Shown here in pieces: positions 21,030 through 33,289 of a DNA stretch of 37,768 nucleotides (within the stretch, counting starts at the first letter, position 1; each line of letters opens with the position of its first letter). The position numbers and the translations under genes were made by a program. Where the stretch lies: assembly GCF_004010195.1 (NCBI RefSeq), contig NC_057757.1, positions 9,873,984 through 9,911,751 of the forward strand, written 5' to 3'. This DNA comes from Chiloscyllium plagiosum. Lineage: Eukaryota. Under the pieces are notes generated by a model. The model searched no databases and had not been told where the DNA came from. It saw only the letters and a list, made by a program, of their open reading frames with translations.

Positions 21030-22670
21030 TCAAGAGATTCTTTAAGTATATTAAATGAAAAGAATAACTAGAGAGACAATAGGACCCCTCAAGGACCAAA
21101 GTGGACATATATGTCTGGGACCGCAGGAGATGGGTGAGGTTCTCAATGAATATTTCTCCTCTGTGTTTACCGTGGAGGAAGACATGGGAACTTGGGAAAG
21201 CTAGTGACGATATCTTGAGGACAGTCCATATCACAGTAGAGCAGATGCTGGACATATGAGAATGTATGAAGGTGGATAAATCTCCTGGTCCAGACCAGGT
21301 ATATCCAAGAAACCTGCAACAGGCTAGAGAAGAAATTGCAGGAGCCTTGGCTGACATATCTGCATCATCGTTAGCCATGGGTGAGATCCCAGAAGACCAG
21401 AGGGTAGCAAATGCTGTGCCCCTATTCAAGAAGGGCTGCAAAGAAAAACATGGGAACTATAGACAGTCAGCCTAACACCTGTGACAGGTAAGATACTCAA
21501 GAACATTCTAAGACATAAGATATACATGCATTTGGGAAGACAAGGCTTGATTAGGAGTCGTCAGCATGGCTTTGTGCTTGGGAGATCATGCTTCACAAAT
21601 GTGTTCGAGTTCTTTGATGAAGTGACCAGGAAGGTTGATGAGGGTGGGGTGGTAGATGTAGTCTGTATGAATTTCAGTAAGGCCTTTGACAAGGTAGGTT
21701 GGTCTGGAAAATTAGATTGCATGGAATCTGGGGAGAGCTGGCAAATTAGATACACAATTGGCTTGATGGTAGGAAGCAGAGGGTAATAGTGGGAGGATGC
21801 TTGTTGGACTGGAGATCTATGACTAGTGGAGTGACTCAGGGGTCAGTGCTGGGTCCAATGCTATTTGTTATTTATATCAATGATTTGGATGAAAATGTAC
21901 AAGGCATGATTAGCAAGTTTGCAGATGACACTAAAATAGGCGGCATTGTGGACAGTGAAACAGGCTATCAGAAATTGCAGCAGGACCTTGATCAGCTGGG
22001 GAAGTGGGCTGAGCAATGGCACATGGAGTTTAATATAGATGTGTGAGGTCTTGCATTTTGGAAAGTCAAATCAAGGCAGGAGTTTAATGTTGAATGGTTG
22101 GGCCTAAAAGAGTATGGTGGAATAGAGAGAACTTGGAGTTCAGGTGCACGGTTCTCTGAAAGTGGAGTCACAGGTAGACAGAGCAGTGAAGAAGGCTTTA
22201 GGCACACTGGCCTTCATCAGTTAGGGCACTGAGTATCAAAGTTGGGAAGTTATGTTGCAATTGTACAGCATGCTGGTGAGGCCACACTTAGAGAATTGTG
22301 TTTAGTTTTGGTTACCTTGCTATTGGAAGGATGTTATTAAAGTGGAAAGAGTGCAGAGGAAATTTACAAAGATGTTGCCAGGAGTCAATGGCCTGAGTTA
22401 AAGGGAGAGGTTGGACAAGCCAGGGCTTTTTCTTGAGATCATAGGAGACTGAGAAGGGATCTTATAGAAGTGTATAAGATCATGAGAGGCATGGATAGGA
22501 TGAATGCACTCAGTCGTTTTCCCAGGGTTGGGAAATCGAGGACTCGAGGGTGTCACTTGAAGGTTAGAGGGGAAAGAATAAAAGGGAACGTGAGGGGTAA
22601 CGTTTTTACACAGAGGGCGGTACACATAGGAAATGAGCTGCCAGCAGAAGTGTTTGTTAACAACATTTTG
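21030..22670 (+). mobile_element. Decayed CR1 ORF2 (RT), interrupted near its 3' end; tail resumes at ~25413-25570
   Basis: KSPGPDQVYPR, QHGFVLGRSCFTN, FSKAFDKV, SGVTQGSVLGPMLFVIYINDLD, KFADDTK, YKIMRGMDR. Confidence 0.95.
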
Positions 22671-22674
22671 AACA

Positions 22675-25178
22675 CGGAGTATAGAACAGTACAGCACAGT
22701 ACAGGCCCTTCGGCCCACCATTTTATGCCAAGCATTTATCTTCATCTAATATCAACCTAACCTACACACCCCTCAATTTACTGCTGTTCACGTGCTTGTG
22801 CAGCAGTTGCTTAACTGTCCCTAATGTCTCTGACTGTACTACCACCACGGGCAGTGCATTCTGCACACCTACCACTCTCTGTGTAAAGAACCTACCTCTG
22901 ACATCTCTCCTATACCTTCCTCCAATTGCCTTAAAATTATGACCCCTCGTGACAGCCATTTCTGCCCTGGGAAAGGTCTCTGGCTATCTACTCTGTCTAC
23001 TCTATCTATGCCTCTCATTACCTTGTACACCTCTATCAAGTCACCTTTGTTCCTTCTTCTGTCCAGTGTGAAAAGCCCTAGCTCACTCAGCCTCTCTTCA
23101 TAAGACAAGCCCTCCAATGCAGGCAGCTTCCTGGTAAATCTCCTCTGCACCCTCTCTAAAGCATCTACATCCTTCCTATAATGAGGCAACCAGAACTGGG
23201 CCAAGTGTGGCCAAGGGTTTTATAGAGCTGCAGCAAAACCTTGTGGCTGTTAAACTCAATCCCCCTGTTAATGAAAGGCAAAACACCATACACCTTCGTA
23301 ATAACCCTATCAACTTGGGTGGCAACTTTGAGGGATCTATGTACGTGGACTCCAAGATCCCACTGTTCATCCACATTGCCAAGAATCCTCTCTTTAACCC
23401 TGTATTCAACATTCAAATTCGACCTTCCAAAATGAATCACTCCACATTTATCCAGATTGAACTCCATCTGCTACTTTTCAGCCTAGTTCTGCATCCTGTC
23501 AATGTCATCTTGTACTGATAAATGTGTTGCTGGAAAAGCGCAGCAGGTCAGGCAGCATCCAAGGAGCAGGAGAATCGATGTTTCGGGCATAAACCCTTCT
23601 TCAGGAATGTGGAGGGTGTGCCAAGCAAGTAATCTTGTAGCCTACAATAGTCCTTGACACTATCTACAAGACCAGTGACCTTTCTGTCATCGGCAAATTC
23701 ACTAAACCACCCTTCCACTTCTTCATCCAAGTCATTTATAAAAACAGAACATATCCCTGCAGGACACCACAGGTCACCGATCTCCAGACGGAATACTTTA
23801 TGACCACTTCTTTCAGCCAGCTAATTCTGTATCCAGACAGCCACATTTCCCTGTATCCCATACCTCCTAACTTTCTGAATGAGCCTACCATGGGGAATGT
23901 TAAAACATCATCAACTGCTTAAACATCATCAACTTGTCTCATCACATCCTCAAAGAATTCAATAAGGCTTGTGAGGCATGACCTGCCCCTCAGAAAGACA
24001 TCCCAACTATCTTTAATCAGACTATGCTTTTCCAAATAGTCATAAATCCTATCTCTCAGAATCCTTTCCAGTATCCTGCTGACCACAGACTTATGATTGA
24101 CTGGTCTGTAATTCCCAGGGATTTCCCTAGACCCTTTCTTGAACAGAGGAACAACATTCTCCTCCCTCCAATCAGCCAGTACTACTCCCATGGAGAGTGA
24201 GAATGCAAAGATCTTCACCAGAGGCACAGCAATCTCATTCCTCACTTCCCATAGTAACCTTGGATGTATCCAGTCTGGCCCTGGTAACTTATCTGTCTTG
24301 ATACTTCCCAGAATTTCCAGCACATCCACTTCCTTAATATCAATCTGTTCAAGCCTATTAACCTGGTCCACGGTGTTCTCACTATCAATAAGGTCCCTCT
24401 CTCTCGTGAATACCGAAGCAAAAAACTCCATTACAGCCTCCCCACCAGACTCCAGGCACAGGTTCCCTCCACTATCTCTGATCGGCCTTACTCGCTCTCT
24501 CTCTGATTATTCTCTTATTCCTCACACATGTGTAAAATGCCTTTGGGTTTTCCCTAATCCTTCCCACCAAGGCTTTTTCATATCCCCTCCTGTTCTCCTC
24601 AGTCCATTTTTGAGTTCTTTCCTAGCTACCCTGTAATCCTCTAAAGCTGTGCCAGATCTTTGCCTCCTCAACCTTAACTAAGCTTTCTTCTTCCTCTTGA
24701 CAAGAAGCTCCTCTTCTCTTGTCATCCAAGGCTCCTTCACCTTACCATTCCTTATCTGTCTCAGTGGGATAAAGCTATCCAAATGCAACAAGTGCTCCTT
24801 AAACAGCCTCCACATTTCTGTTGTGCCTTTCCCGTAGAACAATTGTTCCCAATTTATACTCCACAGCTCCTGTCTAATAGCAGTATAATTTCCCTTCCCC
24901 CAAACCTTCCCATATTGTCTGTTCCTATCCCTCTCCATGGTTATGGTAAAGGTGAGGCAGTTGTGGTCACTGTCACTGAAATGCTCTCCCACCAAGAGAT
25001 CTGACACCTGGCCTGGCTTGTTACCTAGCACCAAATCCAATATGGCCTCCTCTCTAGTCGGCGGATTGAATCAGGAATCCTTCCTGGACACACCTGACAA
25101 AATCGGCTCCATCCAGACCATCTCCAGTAAGGAGGTTCCAATCAATATTGGAGAAGTTGAAGTCACCCCTAACAACAA
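22675..25178 (-). mobile_element. 5'-truncated CR1 (APE C-terminus, RT, 3'UTR)
   Basis: DLVLGN..DSDHN, KLPGPDWIHPRLL, GNYRPV, GRSCLTSLIEFF, FADDRK, ALERVQRRFTR. 24590-25178 is highly similar to 13140-13730 (same subfamily). Confidence 0.95.
23515..23631 (-). mobile_element. Penelope pseudo-LTR fragment with a hammerhead-like motif, inserted in CR1 RT
   Basis: Minus strand CTGAAGAAGGGTTTATGCCCGAAACATC (23577-23604); TSD ATCTTGTA at 23507-23514 / 23632-23639. Confidence 0.8.
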
Positions 25179-25179
25179 C

Positions 25180-25570
25180 CTGGGCCTGTTTCTATGCTGT
25201 ATGACTTGAATTCTGTAAATCTTTCCTGCACCATCTCACGTTTAACAACATCGTTCCTGTAGAACGGTGATGAAAATTGTACACAATCTCCTAAAAATGG
25301 CCTTGCCAATGTCTGTACAGCCACCACATGACATCCCAATTCCTATACTCAATGTTCTGACCAATGAGGGTAGGCATACCAAAATCCTTCTTCACTGCCC
25401 TGTATACCTGTGATTTAAAAGGCGCTTGGACAAGTCCATTGCTCGGAAAGATTTAGCAGGATATGAGCCATGTGCAGGGAAATAGGATTAGTGTGGATGG
25501 ATATTTTGCTTGGTGTGGATGAGTTTGGGCCAAAGGACGTGTGTCCACGCTGTAGGACTCTATGACTGTA
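25180..25570. mobile_element. Cluster of CR1 fragments: short + tail, minus RT C-terminal piece (25210-25412), + 3' end (25413-25570)
   Basis: GGGCCTGTTTCTATGCTGTATGACT tail; minus-strand similarity to 3330-3500; FKRRLDK and a 3'UTR. Confidence 0.7.
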
Positions 25571-25884
25571 ATCACTGCAATTACAGTGTTTAACTTTGAT
25601 CTTTCTTTCTACCTTTTTCTTAAGATTCTGTGCCCAGGTACTTGTACATAAGATGACACTTTGTGTTGATATACTGTGTACATTTCACTCTACACCTGCA
25701 CTATTGTACTTGAGTACAGGTGAAAATAAAAATCAAAACCAAAATCAAAATTAATGTTGAGAGTTGTGTGATAATGCATCTTGGGCAAAGGGATAGCGAG
25801 AGTAATATTGGCAATGGCAAAGTTATAAGGAGAGTGAAAGGTCGGGGGTACATAGCATCAATAATTGAAGGTGGGAGATCATTG

Positions 25885-26195
25885 AATCACTACAGTGCGG
25901 AAGGAGGCCATTCAGTCCGTCGATACTCCAAAGAACACCCCACCCATCTGTTTGCCATGGCTAATCCATCGAAGCCTGCACATCCCTGGACACTTTAGCA
26001 CGGCTAATCCACATAACCTGTACATCTTTGGCCTGTGGGAGGAAACCCAACCACCCAGAGGAAACCCCCAATATTGATTGGAGCCTCCTTAGTTACAGGC
26101 ACAAGGCGAACTCCACACAGACAGTCACCTGGCGGTGGAATCGAACTCGGGCCCCTGGCACTGTGAGTCAGCAGTGCTAATCATAGTGCCAATCC
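25885..26195 (-). mobile_element. HE1/V-SINE-type SINE
   Basis: Minus strand TTAGCACTGCTGACTCACAG..GAGTTCGATTCC (B box)..TGTCTGTGTGGAGTT..TTTCCTCCCACAG.CCAAAGATGT. Confidence 0.85.
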
Positions 26196-26344
26196 CATAT
26201 GGGCATAATAGCTAGCAAAGCATGTGGTACTGTAAGATTTTGTGCATTCAATTATTATGCTGAGAATAATGTTGACAACACCGTGGTTAAATTATATACA
26301 TTTATTAGCTAATCAATGCAACCTTGGGCAGCCATTGTTCCGCT

Positions 26345-28537
26345 AACCTTGAATTCCTCACCATCAAATTTCTATCTACCACGGGAATTTCCCACTGCTA
26401 TTCTAACTGCTGTGTACATAATGCCACAAGCAAAGGTTGAGGAAGCTCTGGATGTGCTGTACTCCACCACTAACACCCTGGAGACAGAACACCCTGAGGC
26501 CCAGTTCATTTTAATTGGTGACTTCAATCAATCCAATCTAAGGAAGGTGTTGCCCAAGTACCACCAGAACATTATCTGCCCCACCAGGGGCCCGAACGTT
26601 TTTGAACACTGCTACACCACTGTGAAAGATGCCTACCACTCCATCCCCCGCCCTCATTTCAGGAACTCCGACCACAATGCCAGATTTCTTCTCCCGGCTT
26701 ACAGGCAAAAGCTCAAGTAAGAGACTCCCTCGTGGATACAGGTGCAGTGCTGGTCGGAGGATGCAAAGGATCAACTCCAGTGCTGTCTGGAATCGGCTGA
26801 CTGGGCCATGTTCAAACAGTCCACAGATACCTTGGACGAGTACATCACCACCGTCACAGACTTTATCAGCAAGTGTGTGGAGGACTGCATACCAAGGAAG
26901 TCAATCCGGGTGTTCCCCAACAGGAAATCCTGGATAAATCAGGACATACAGAACCTGCTAATAACCAGGTGTGAGGCCTTCAGATTAGGAGACCCATGCA
27001 AATACAAGGAATCCAAGTATGACCTTCGCATAGCAATTAAAACAGACAAGGACCAATACCGATCCGAACTAGAGACCTAGACAGACACCCAGCGACTACG
27101 GCAAGGACTGAATGACATCGCAGGTTCTCAAAAGAGATTGTGCAAGATGGCAGATGATAACATATCCCTCCCAGATCATCTCAAGCCTTCTACGCTCGCT
27201 TTGAGCAGAATTTCGGACAAGAGGTAACACCTCTTTCGACAAGTCCTGATGAAGCTATCCCAACAGTCACTGCATCAGAGGTCAGATCAGTTTTACTTCG
27301 TGTCAATCCAAGGAAAGCTTTGGGAACAGATGGAGTACCAGGCCATGCACTCAGAGCCTGCACAGATCAACTGGCAGAGGTCTTCTCGGACATCTTTAAC
27401 CTCTCCCTGCAGCAGGCCACTTTCCCTCCCTGATTCAGGAGGGCCAACATCATCCCTGTGCATAAGATTGCTCTTGCAGCATGGCTCAATGACGACTGCC
27501 CAGTGGCCCTAACTTCGGTGGTCATGAAGTGCTTTGAAAGGCTGGTTATGGCATTAATTAACTCCAGCCTCCCTAGTGCTCTTGACCATAACCAAATTGC
27601 CTATCGGACCAATAGATCCACGTCAGATGCCATATCATTTGACCTTCACTCCTTCCTAGAACATCTTGACACCAAGAACAGCTACATGAGAATTCTACTC
27701 ATTGACGACAGTTCAGCCTTCAACACTATTATCCCCTCGAGATTGATTACTAAACTTTGTGATCTTGGACTAAGCCTCACTCTCTGCAACTGGATCCTCA
27801 GTTTCCTGACCCACAGGCCATAATCAACATCTTGACACCAAGAACAGCTACATGAGAATTCTACTCATTGACGGCAGTTCAGCCTTCAACACTATTATCC
27901 CCTCGAGATTGATTACTAAACTTTGTGATCTTGGACTAAGCCTCACTCTCTGCAACTGGATCCTCAGTTTCCTGACCCACAGGCCATAATCAGTGAAGAT
28001 TGGGGACAATATTTTATTCTCACTAAAACTTAATACTGCGTACTGAGCCCCCAACTGTACTCACTATATACCCATGACTGCATCACCAAATACCAGACTA
28101 ATGCCATTTCCAAGTTCACTGATGACACCACCACAGTCGGTTGAATCTCATATGGCAATGAAACAGACTACAGAAGGGAAGTGGGAGACCTGGAAAATGG
28201 TGCACTGAGAACAAACTAGCTCTCAATGCCAGCAAAACCAAGGAACTCATTATTGACTTTCGGTGGGATGTTATTCATTACCTACTCAATAACAGCACAG
28301 AGATGGAACGAGTGGAGAGTGTCAAGCTCCTGGGAGTGGTCATCCACAACAAGCTTTCTTGGACTGTTCATGTGGACACACTGGTCACAAAGGCCCAACA
28401 ATGTCTCTTCTTCCTCAGGCAGTTGAGAAATTTGGCATGATGGCGAATACCCTTGCCAACATTTATAGGTGCACCATCGAGAGCATTCTGTCTGGACGTA
28501 TCACTACCTGGTATGGCAACTGTACCATTCAAGATCA
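26345..28537 (+). mobile_element. Rex1/Babar LINE (APE endonuclease and RT), decayed, truncated at both ends
   Basis: [87 protein letters not shown]. In-frame stops and frameshifts present. Confidence 0.92.
27660..27991. repeat. 166-bp tandem duplication within the Rex1 RT
   Basis: 27660-27825 and 27826-27991; one visible difference (ATTGACGACA vs ATTGACGGCA). Confidence 0.95.
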
Positions 28538-28707
28538 GGCCAAATGCTGACAAATGGGACTAGATTTATTTAGAATATTTCTTCAGCATGGATGAGTTGG
28601 ACCAAAGTGTCTGTTTATGTGTTGTATATCTCTATGCTCGATTTCAGCAAAACAGAAGCACTGATCATTGGCTTCAGGAAGAATGGAGGATGAACCCCCC
28701 CTTACCC

Positions 28708-29790
28708 CATAGAGATGTACAGCATGGAAACAGACCCTTTGGTCCAATCCATCCATGCCGACAAGATATCCTAACCCAATCTAGTCCCACCTGCCAGTAT
28801 CCAGCCTATATCCCTCCAAACCCTTCCTATTCATATACCCATCCAAATGACTTTAAATGTTGCAATTGTACCAGCCTCCACCACTTCCTCGGGCAGCTCA
28901 TTCCATACACGTACCACCCTCTGCATGAAACAGTTGCCTCTTATATCTTTCCCCTCTCCCTCTAACCTATGCCCTCTAGTTCTGGACTCCCCCACCTCAG
29001 GGAAAAGACTTTGTCTCTTTATCCTATCCATGACCCTCATAATTTTGTAAACCTCTATAAGGTCACCCCTCAGTCTCTGACGCTCCAGGGAAAACAGCCN
29101 NNNNNNNNNNNNNNNNNNNNNNNNNNNNNNNNNNNNNNNNNNNNNNNNNNNNNNNNNNNNNNNNNNNNNNNNNNNNNNNNNNNNNNNNNNNNNNNNNNNN
29201 NNNNNNNNNNNNNNNNNNNNNNNNNNNNNNNNNNNNNNNNNNNNNNNNNNNNNNNNNNNNNNNNNNNNNNNNNNNNNNNNNNNNNNNNNNNNNNNNNNNN
29301 NNNNNNNNNNNNNNNNNNNNNNNNNNNNNNNNNNNNNNNNNNNNNNNNNNNNNNNNNNNNNNNNNNNNNNNNNNNNNNNNNNNNNNNNNNNNNNNNNNNN
29401 NNNNNNNNNNNNNNNNNNNNNNNNNNNNNNNNNNNNNNNNNNNNNNNNNNNNNNNNNNNNNNNNNNNNNNNNNNNNNNNNNNNNNNNNNNNNNNNNNNNN
29501 NNNNNNNNNNNNNNNNNNNNNNNNNNNNNNNNNNNNNNNNNNNNNNNNNNNNNNNNNNNNNNNNNNNNNNNNNNNNNNNNNNNNNNNNNNNNNNNNNNNN
29601 NNNNNNNNNNNNNNNNNNNNNNNNNNNNNNNNNNNNNNNNNNNNNNNNNNNNNNNNNNNNNNNNNNNNNNNNNNNNNTGTATAAGTCCTGCGAAAATTTG
29701 CTTTCCCAAAATGCATCACCTCACATTTATCTGAGTTAAACTCCATCTGCCACTTCTTAGCCCATTGGTCCATCTGATCCAGATGCTGTT
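28708..29790 (-). mobile_element. CR1 3' portion spanning the third gap
   Basis: LDQMDQWAKKWQMEFNSDKCEVMHFG (right of the gap) and LFSLERQRLRGDLIEVYKIM (left of the gap). Confidence 0.9.
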
Positions 29791-29794
29791 GTAT

Positions 29795-30157
29795 CGGATT
29801 CTTAAGGGGATTAACAGGGTACATGTTGGAAGGATGATACAATCTAGGCCCAGAGGGGAGAGCCTCATTATAAAGGGGGACCAATTTAAGACTGAGAAAG
29901 GGAGGAATTTCTTCTTTCAGCGAGTTTGAGTCTTGGAAACTCCTTGCCACAGAGAGCTGTGGGGGCAGAGTCCTTGTTTATATTTAAGGCTGAGATAGAA
30001 AGATACTTGATCTGTTGGGGAATCAAAAATTATGGGAAAATGTTGGGAAGTGGAAGTGAAGAATGTCAGATCAGCCATGATCCTATTGAATAGCATAGCA
30101 GGCTGGAGGGGCCGAATGGTCAGCTTCTGATCCTATTTTTTATGGTCTTCTGGTCTA
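29795..30157 (+). mobile_element. CR1 3' end
   Basis: ILKGINRV.. and 3'UTR GATCAGCCATGATCCTATTGAAT..GGGGCCGAATGG..TATGGTCT. Confidence 0.8.
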
Positions 30158-31244
30158 ATATCAACATTTCTCACTTTCTCGTCTTTCAATAAAATATTCT
30201 ACTTTTCCATTCTACTTCACAAAATGGATTCTTCAATGCCTCCCCACACTCCTCTCTGTGGGCTGCTTTCGTGACCATTCGCTGAACTAAGTGGAGGGTC
30301 CTGCCTACTCACATAAAACATCCTGTGCTACTTCAAGAGGAAAAAGGAATTTCCCCAGCGTCCTCAGCCATATTCATCTTCAGATCTCTGTTGTTGAAAA
30401 CCGATGATCTAGTCATTATACCCTTGCTGTTTGCACTTGTGTTTCATTGCTGTAAGCAAACTGCCTGTTCCATGCATTTTTCATCCCATTTCATACATAT
30501 TTCAACAGTGACTGTTCTTCAAAAGCAGTTCAGTGGCAGATAAACACTTTCCACAGATATTGTGTGCTTGTGAAAGACGTAAATAAACTGCAGATTCTTC
30601 AGTGTAAGATGTGGGGAAAATGCACAATCAAAATAGATTGCTAATCAAAGCAATCAAGTGGGCCCGATAGGGAGAGAGAGAGGAGTTTAGAAATGAATAA
30701 TGCAATAAGATACGTTAGTGAAACAATAATTGTGAAATTATGTCCCTCCATTCTCCAAACCCTCTGTCAGCTGATCACATGACCAGATGACCAGGAAAAT
30801 AATGTTGAAGCTGCATCAGCTCCACCCAATCTGATGAAGTCACAGATGGTGAAGGAGTCAAGGTGCTGTTGGAGACAGACATGTCATCTCTGGTTCCTGG
30901 TAATCCTTGTATTTATGAATAATAAGCTAATGTACCTTTAAAATATTGATAATGTGCAATAAACTACTCCCTGTTGTTCAGATAAGTGCCTCTTCTTGTT
31001 GACACTTAATATAGGTTTCTCATGTCTCACGACTAAGTAGGTAGGCTTTCAGACCCAGAATGCAAAGGGAGATTGAGTAGTGCTGTGGTAGGTCCCTACC
31101 TCAGGACCAGGAGACCTGGATTAAGTTCCACCTACTCCAGATATGTGCCTCTGAACTGGTTGGTTAGAAAATATCAAAAAGGAGGATTGAAGAGCCTTGT
31201 TTAACCACAAACCACTGATGGCTGGTCCTGCAATTAACCAGAGG

Positions 31245-31572
31245 AATCATAGAATCTCTACAGTGTGGAAACAGGCCATTGGGCCCAACAGGTCCATACC
31301 GACCCTCTGAAGAGTAAACCGTCCAGATTATTCCCCTATTACTCTACATTTACCCCTGACTAATTCCCTTAACATACACATTCCTGAACACGATGAGCAA
31401 TTTAGCATGACCGATTCACCTAACCTACACATCTTTGGACTGTGGGAGGAAACCCACGCAGACACAGGGTGAATGTTCAAACGCCACACAGACAGTCGCC
31501 CGAGGCTGGGATGAAACCCAGGTCCCAGGTGCTGTCAGGCAGCAGTGCTAACCACTGCGCCACTATGCCACC
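31245..31572 (-). mobile_element. HE1/V-SINE-type SINE
   Basis: Minus strand A box TGGCGCAGTGG, degenerate B box, V-domain and CR1-like tail; homologous to 35130-35445. Confidence 0.88.
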
Positions 31573-31727
31573 AAAGGAGTCTGAGATTCAGAGTACTGTT
31601 CATGGGTTACAACTTTTAAAATTAAACTCTCCATTAAATCTCCCAACATAAGAGTTGTGAAGCCTATTTGAATGCATTTACTTCTCACTAAAATACCAGC
31701 TCACGAACTTCAGTGCTCCACCTTATA

Positions 31728-32315
31728 GTGTCATAGAGTCATAGTGTTCAGCACGGAAACTGACCCTTCGGTCCAACACGTCCATGCTGACCAGATATCC
31801 TACATTAATCTTGATTTTCTGGCTTTTATTGGTAGAGGAATTGAGTTCCGGAGTCCTGAGGTCATGATGCAGTTGTCTAAGACTCTGGTGCGGCCGCATC
31901 TGGATCGGTCCAACACGTCCATGCTGACCAGATATCCTACATTAATCTAATCATATTTACCAGCATTTTGCCCATATCCCTCTAAACCCTTCTTATTCAT
32001 GTGCCCATCCAGATGCCTTTTAAATGTTGTAATTGTACCAGCCTCTGTCACTTCCTCTGGCAGCTCATTGCATACATGCACCACCTTCTGCATGAAAAAG
32101 CTACCCCTTAGGTCCATTTTAAATCTTTCCCTTCTCACTTTTAATTTATGCCCTCTAATTTTGGCCTCCCTCACCTGGGGAAAAGATCTATCCATGCCCC
32201 CCATGACTTTATAAACCTCTATAAGATCACTCCTCAGCCTCTGACACTCCATGGAAAATAGCTCCAGCTTATTCAGCCTCTCCCTACAGCTCACACCCTC
32301 CAACCACAGCAACAT
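31728..32315 (-). mobile_element. CR1 3' end containing a 93-bp opposite-strand insert flanked by a 44-bp duplication
   Basis: ORF 31947-32315 reads ERLNKLELFSME..RLRSDLIEVYKVM..FKRHLD; tail (ATAGAGTC)n at 31728-31744. Confidence 0.9.
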
Positions 32316-33289
32316 TCTTGTTGCTTTGTTTCTTTAGCGATACATTTTTTGAAGCAATGGCACACGATTGAGTTCTGGTGTAGCTCTTCCAAATGGCAGA
32401 AGGGTAGATGGAGACCTGCTCTCCAGGGCATTGGTGGGCACAAGGGAGGGAGGGTCCATGATGAAAGAAGAGCCATTGCCCTGCTCCTGGAAAAATTTTG
32501 ACAACAGGTGGGGTGGCTGTACCCATTCAGTGCTGAGGCTTACACCAGATCCCTCTACATCTGATATCCCTCTGCACTGGCGCAGTGACTGAATGGTGTC
32601 CTTATGAGTGCCAATTTACAGCGTGTAGATTGTGCCACTTACCCTTCAGGAGTGTACGAGGTCACTCATCCCCATCCTGTAATGGAGCCATATTTTTATG
32701 TCTAACCAATAGGTATCATACCTCCCTCTGAGCTCAATCCAGACTGTCTAATGCACAGACTATTTATATCATTCTTACAATGTTCACTGACCTGGTCTGA
32801 CCCTGAGACTGACACTTGATCACTTCAATGTGCCAGCATCAGTGAGGCATTTGACAATTCATTGGAATCTCTAACTGTTTAATTGTGGCATTACCCAGTG
32901 CTGTGATTTCATCACGCTTTTTATTCATTATTTGTCATGGTTTCCTCCCTGTTATTTTTATTAATGAGATCAGAACGCACAGCACCCACTCGTTAACACA
33001 AATGCATTTTTAATTAGGTTTCCCATTTTGCTGCTATTAATCTAAAATATTTCACGCTCATTAACTGTCACAGAGCACTCTTAATAAAACAGTTTTGTTT
33101 AGCGTCTTGGAAGGGATTCTCAGGTTACATATTATTATTTACATCTATAGGTTGAACTTTAATAATTTTAACTTTAATGGGATGAGGTTTCATTCGAAGT
33201 ATTTAGTTTGCCTGAGTCCTTCTGAAGCCTCTGTTCACTCACTGCCCGTTTCTAAACTCCATGCCTCCTCTCTCAGTGCTTTTTGAACA

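Noticed and set aside
26316..28550. Functional host endonuclease or reverse transcriptase gene (likewise the CR1 and L1 ORFs)
   Set aside because: Multiple stops, frameshifts and truncations; these are dead retrotransposon copies with no sign of domestication.
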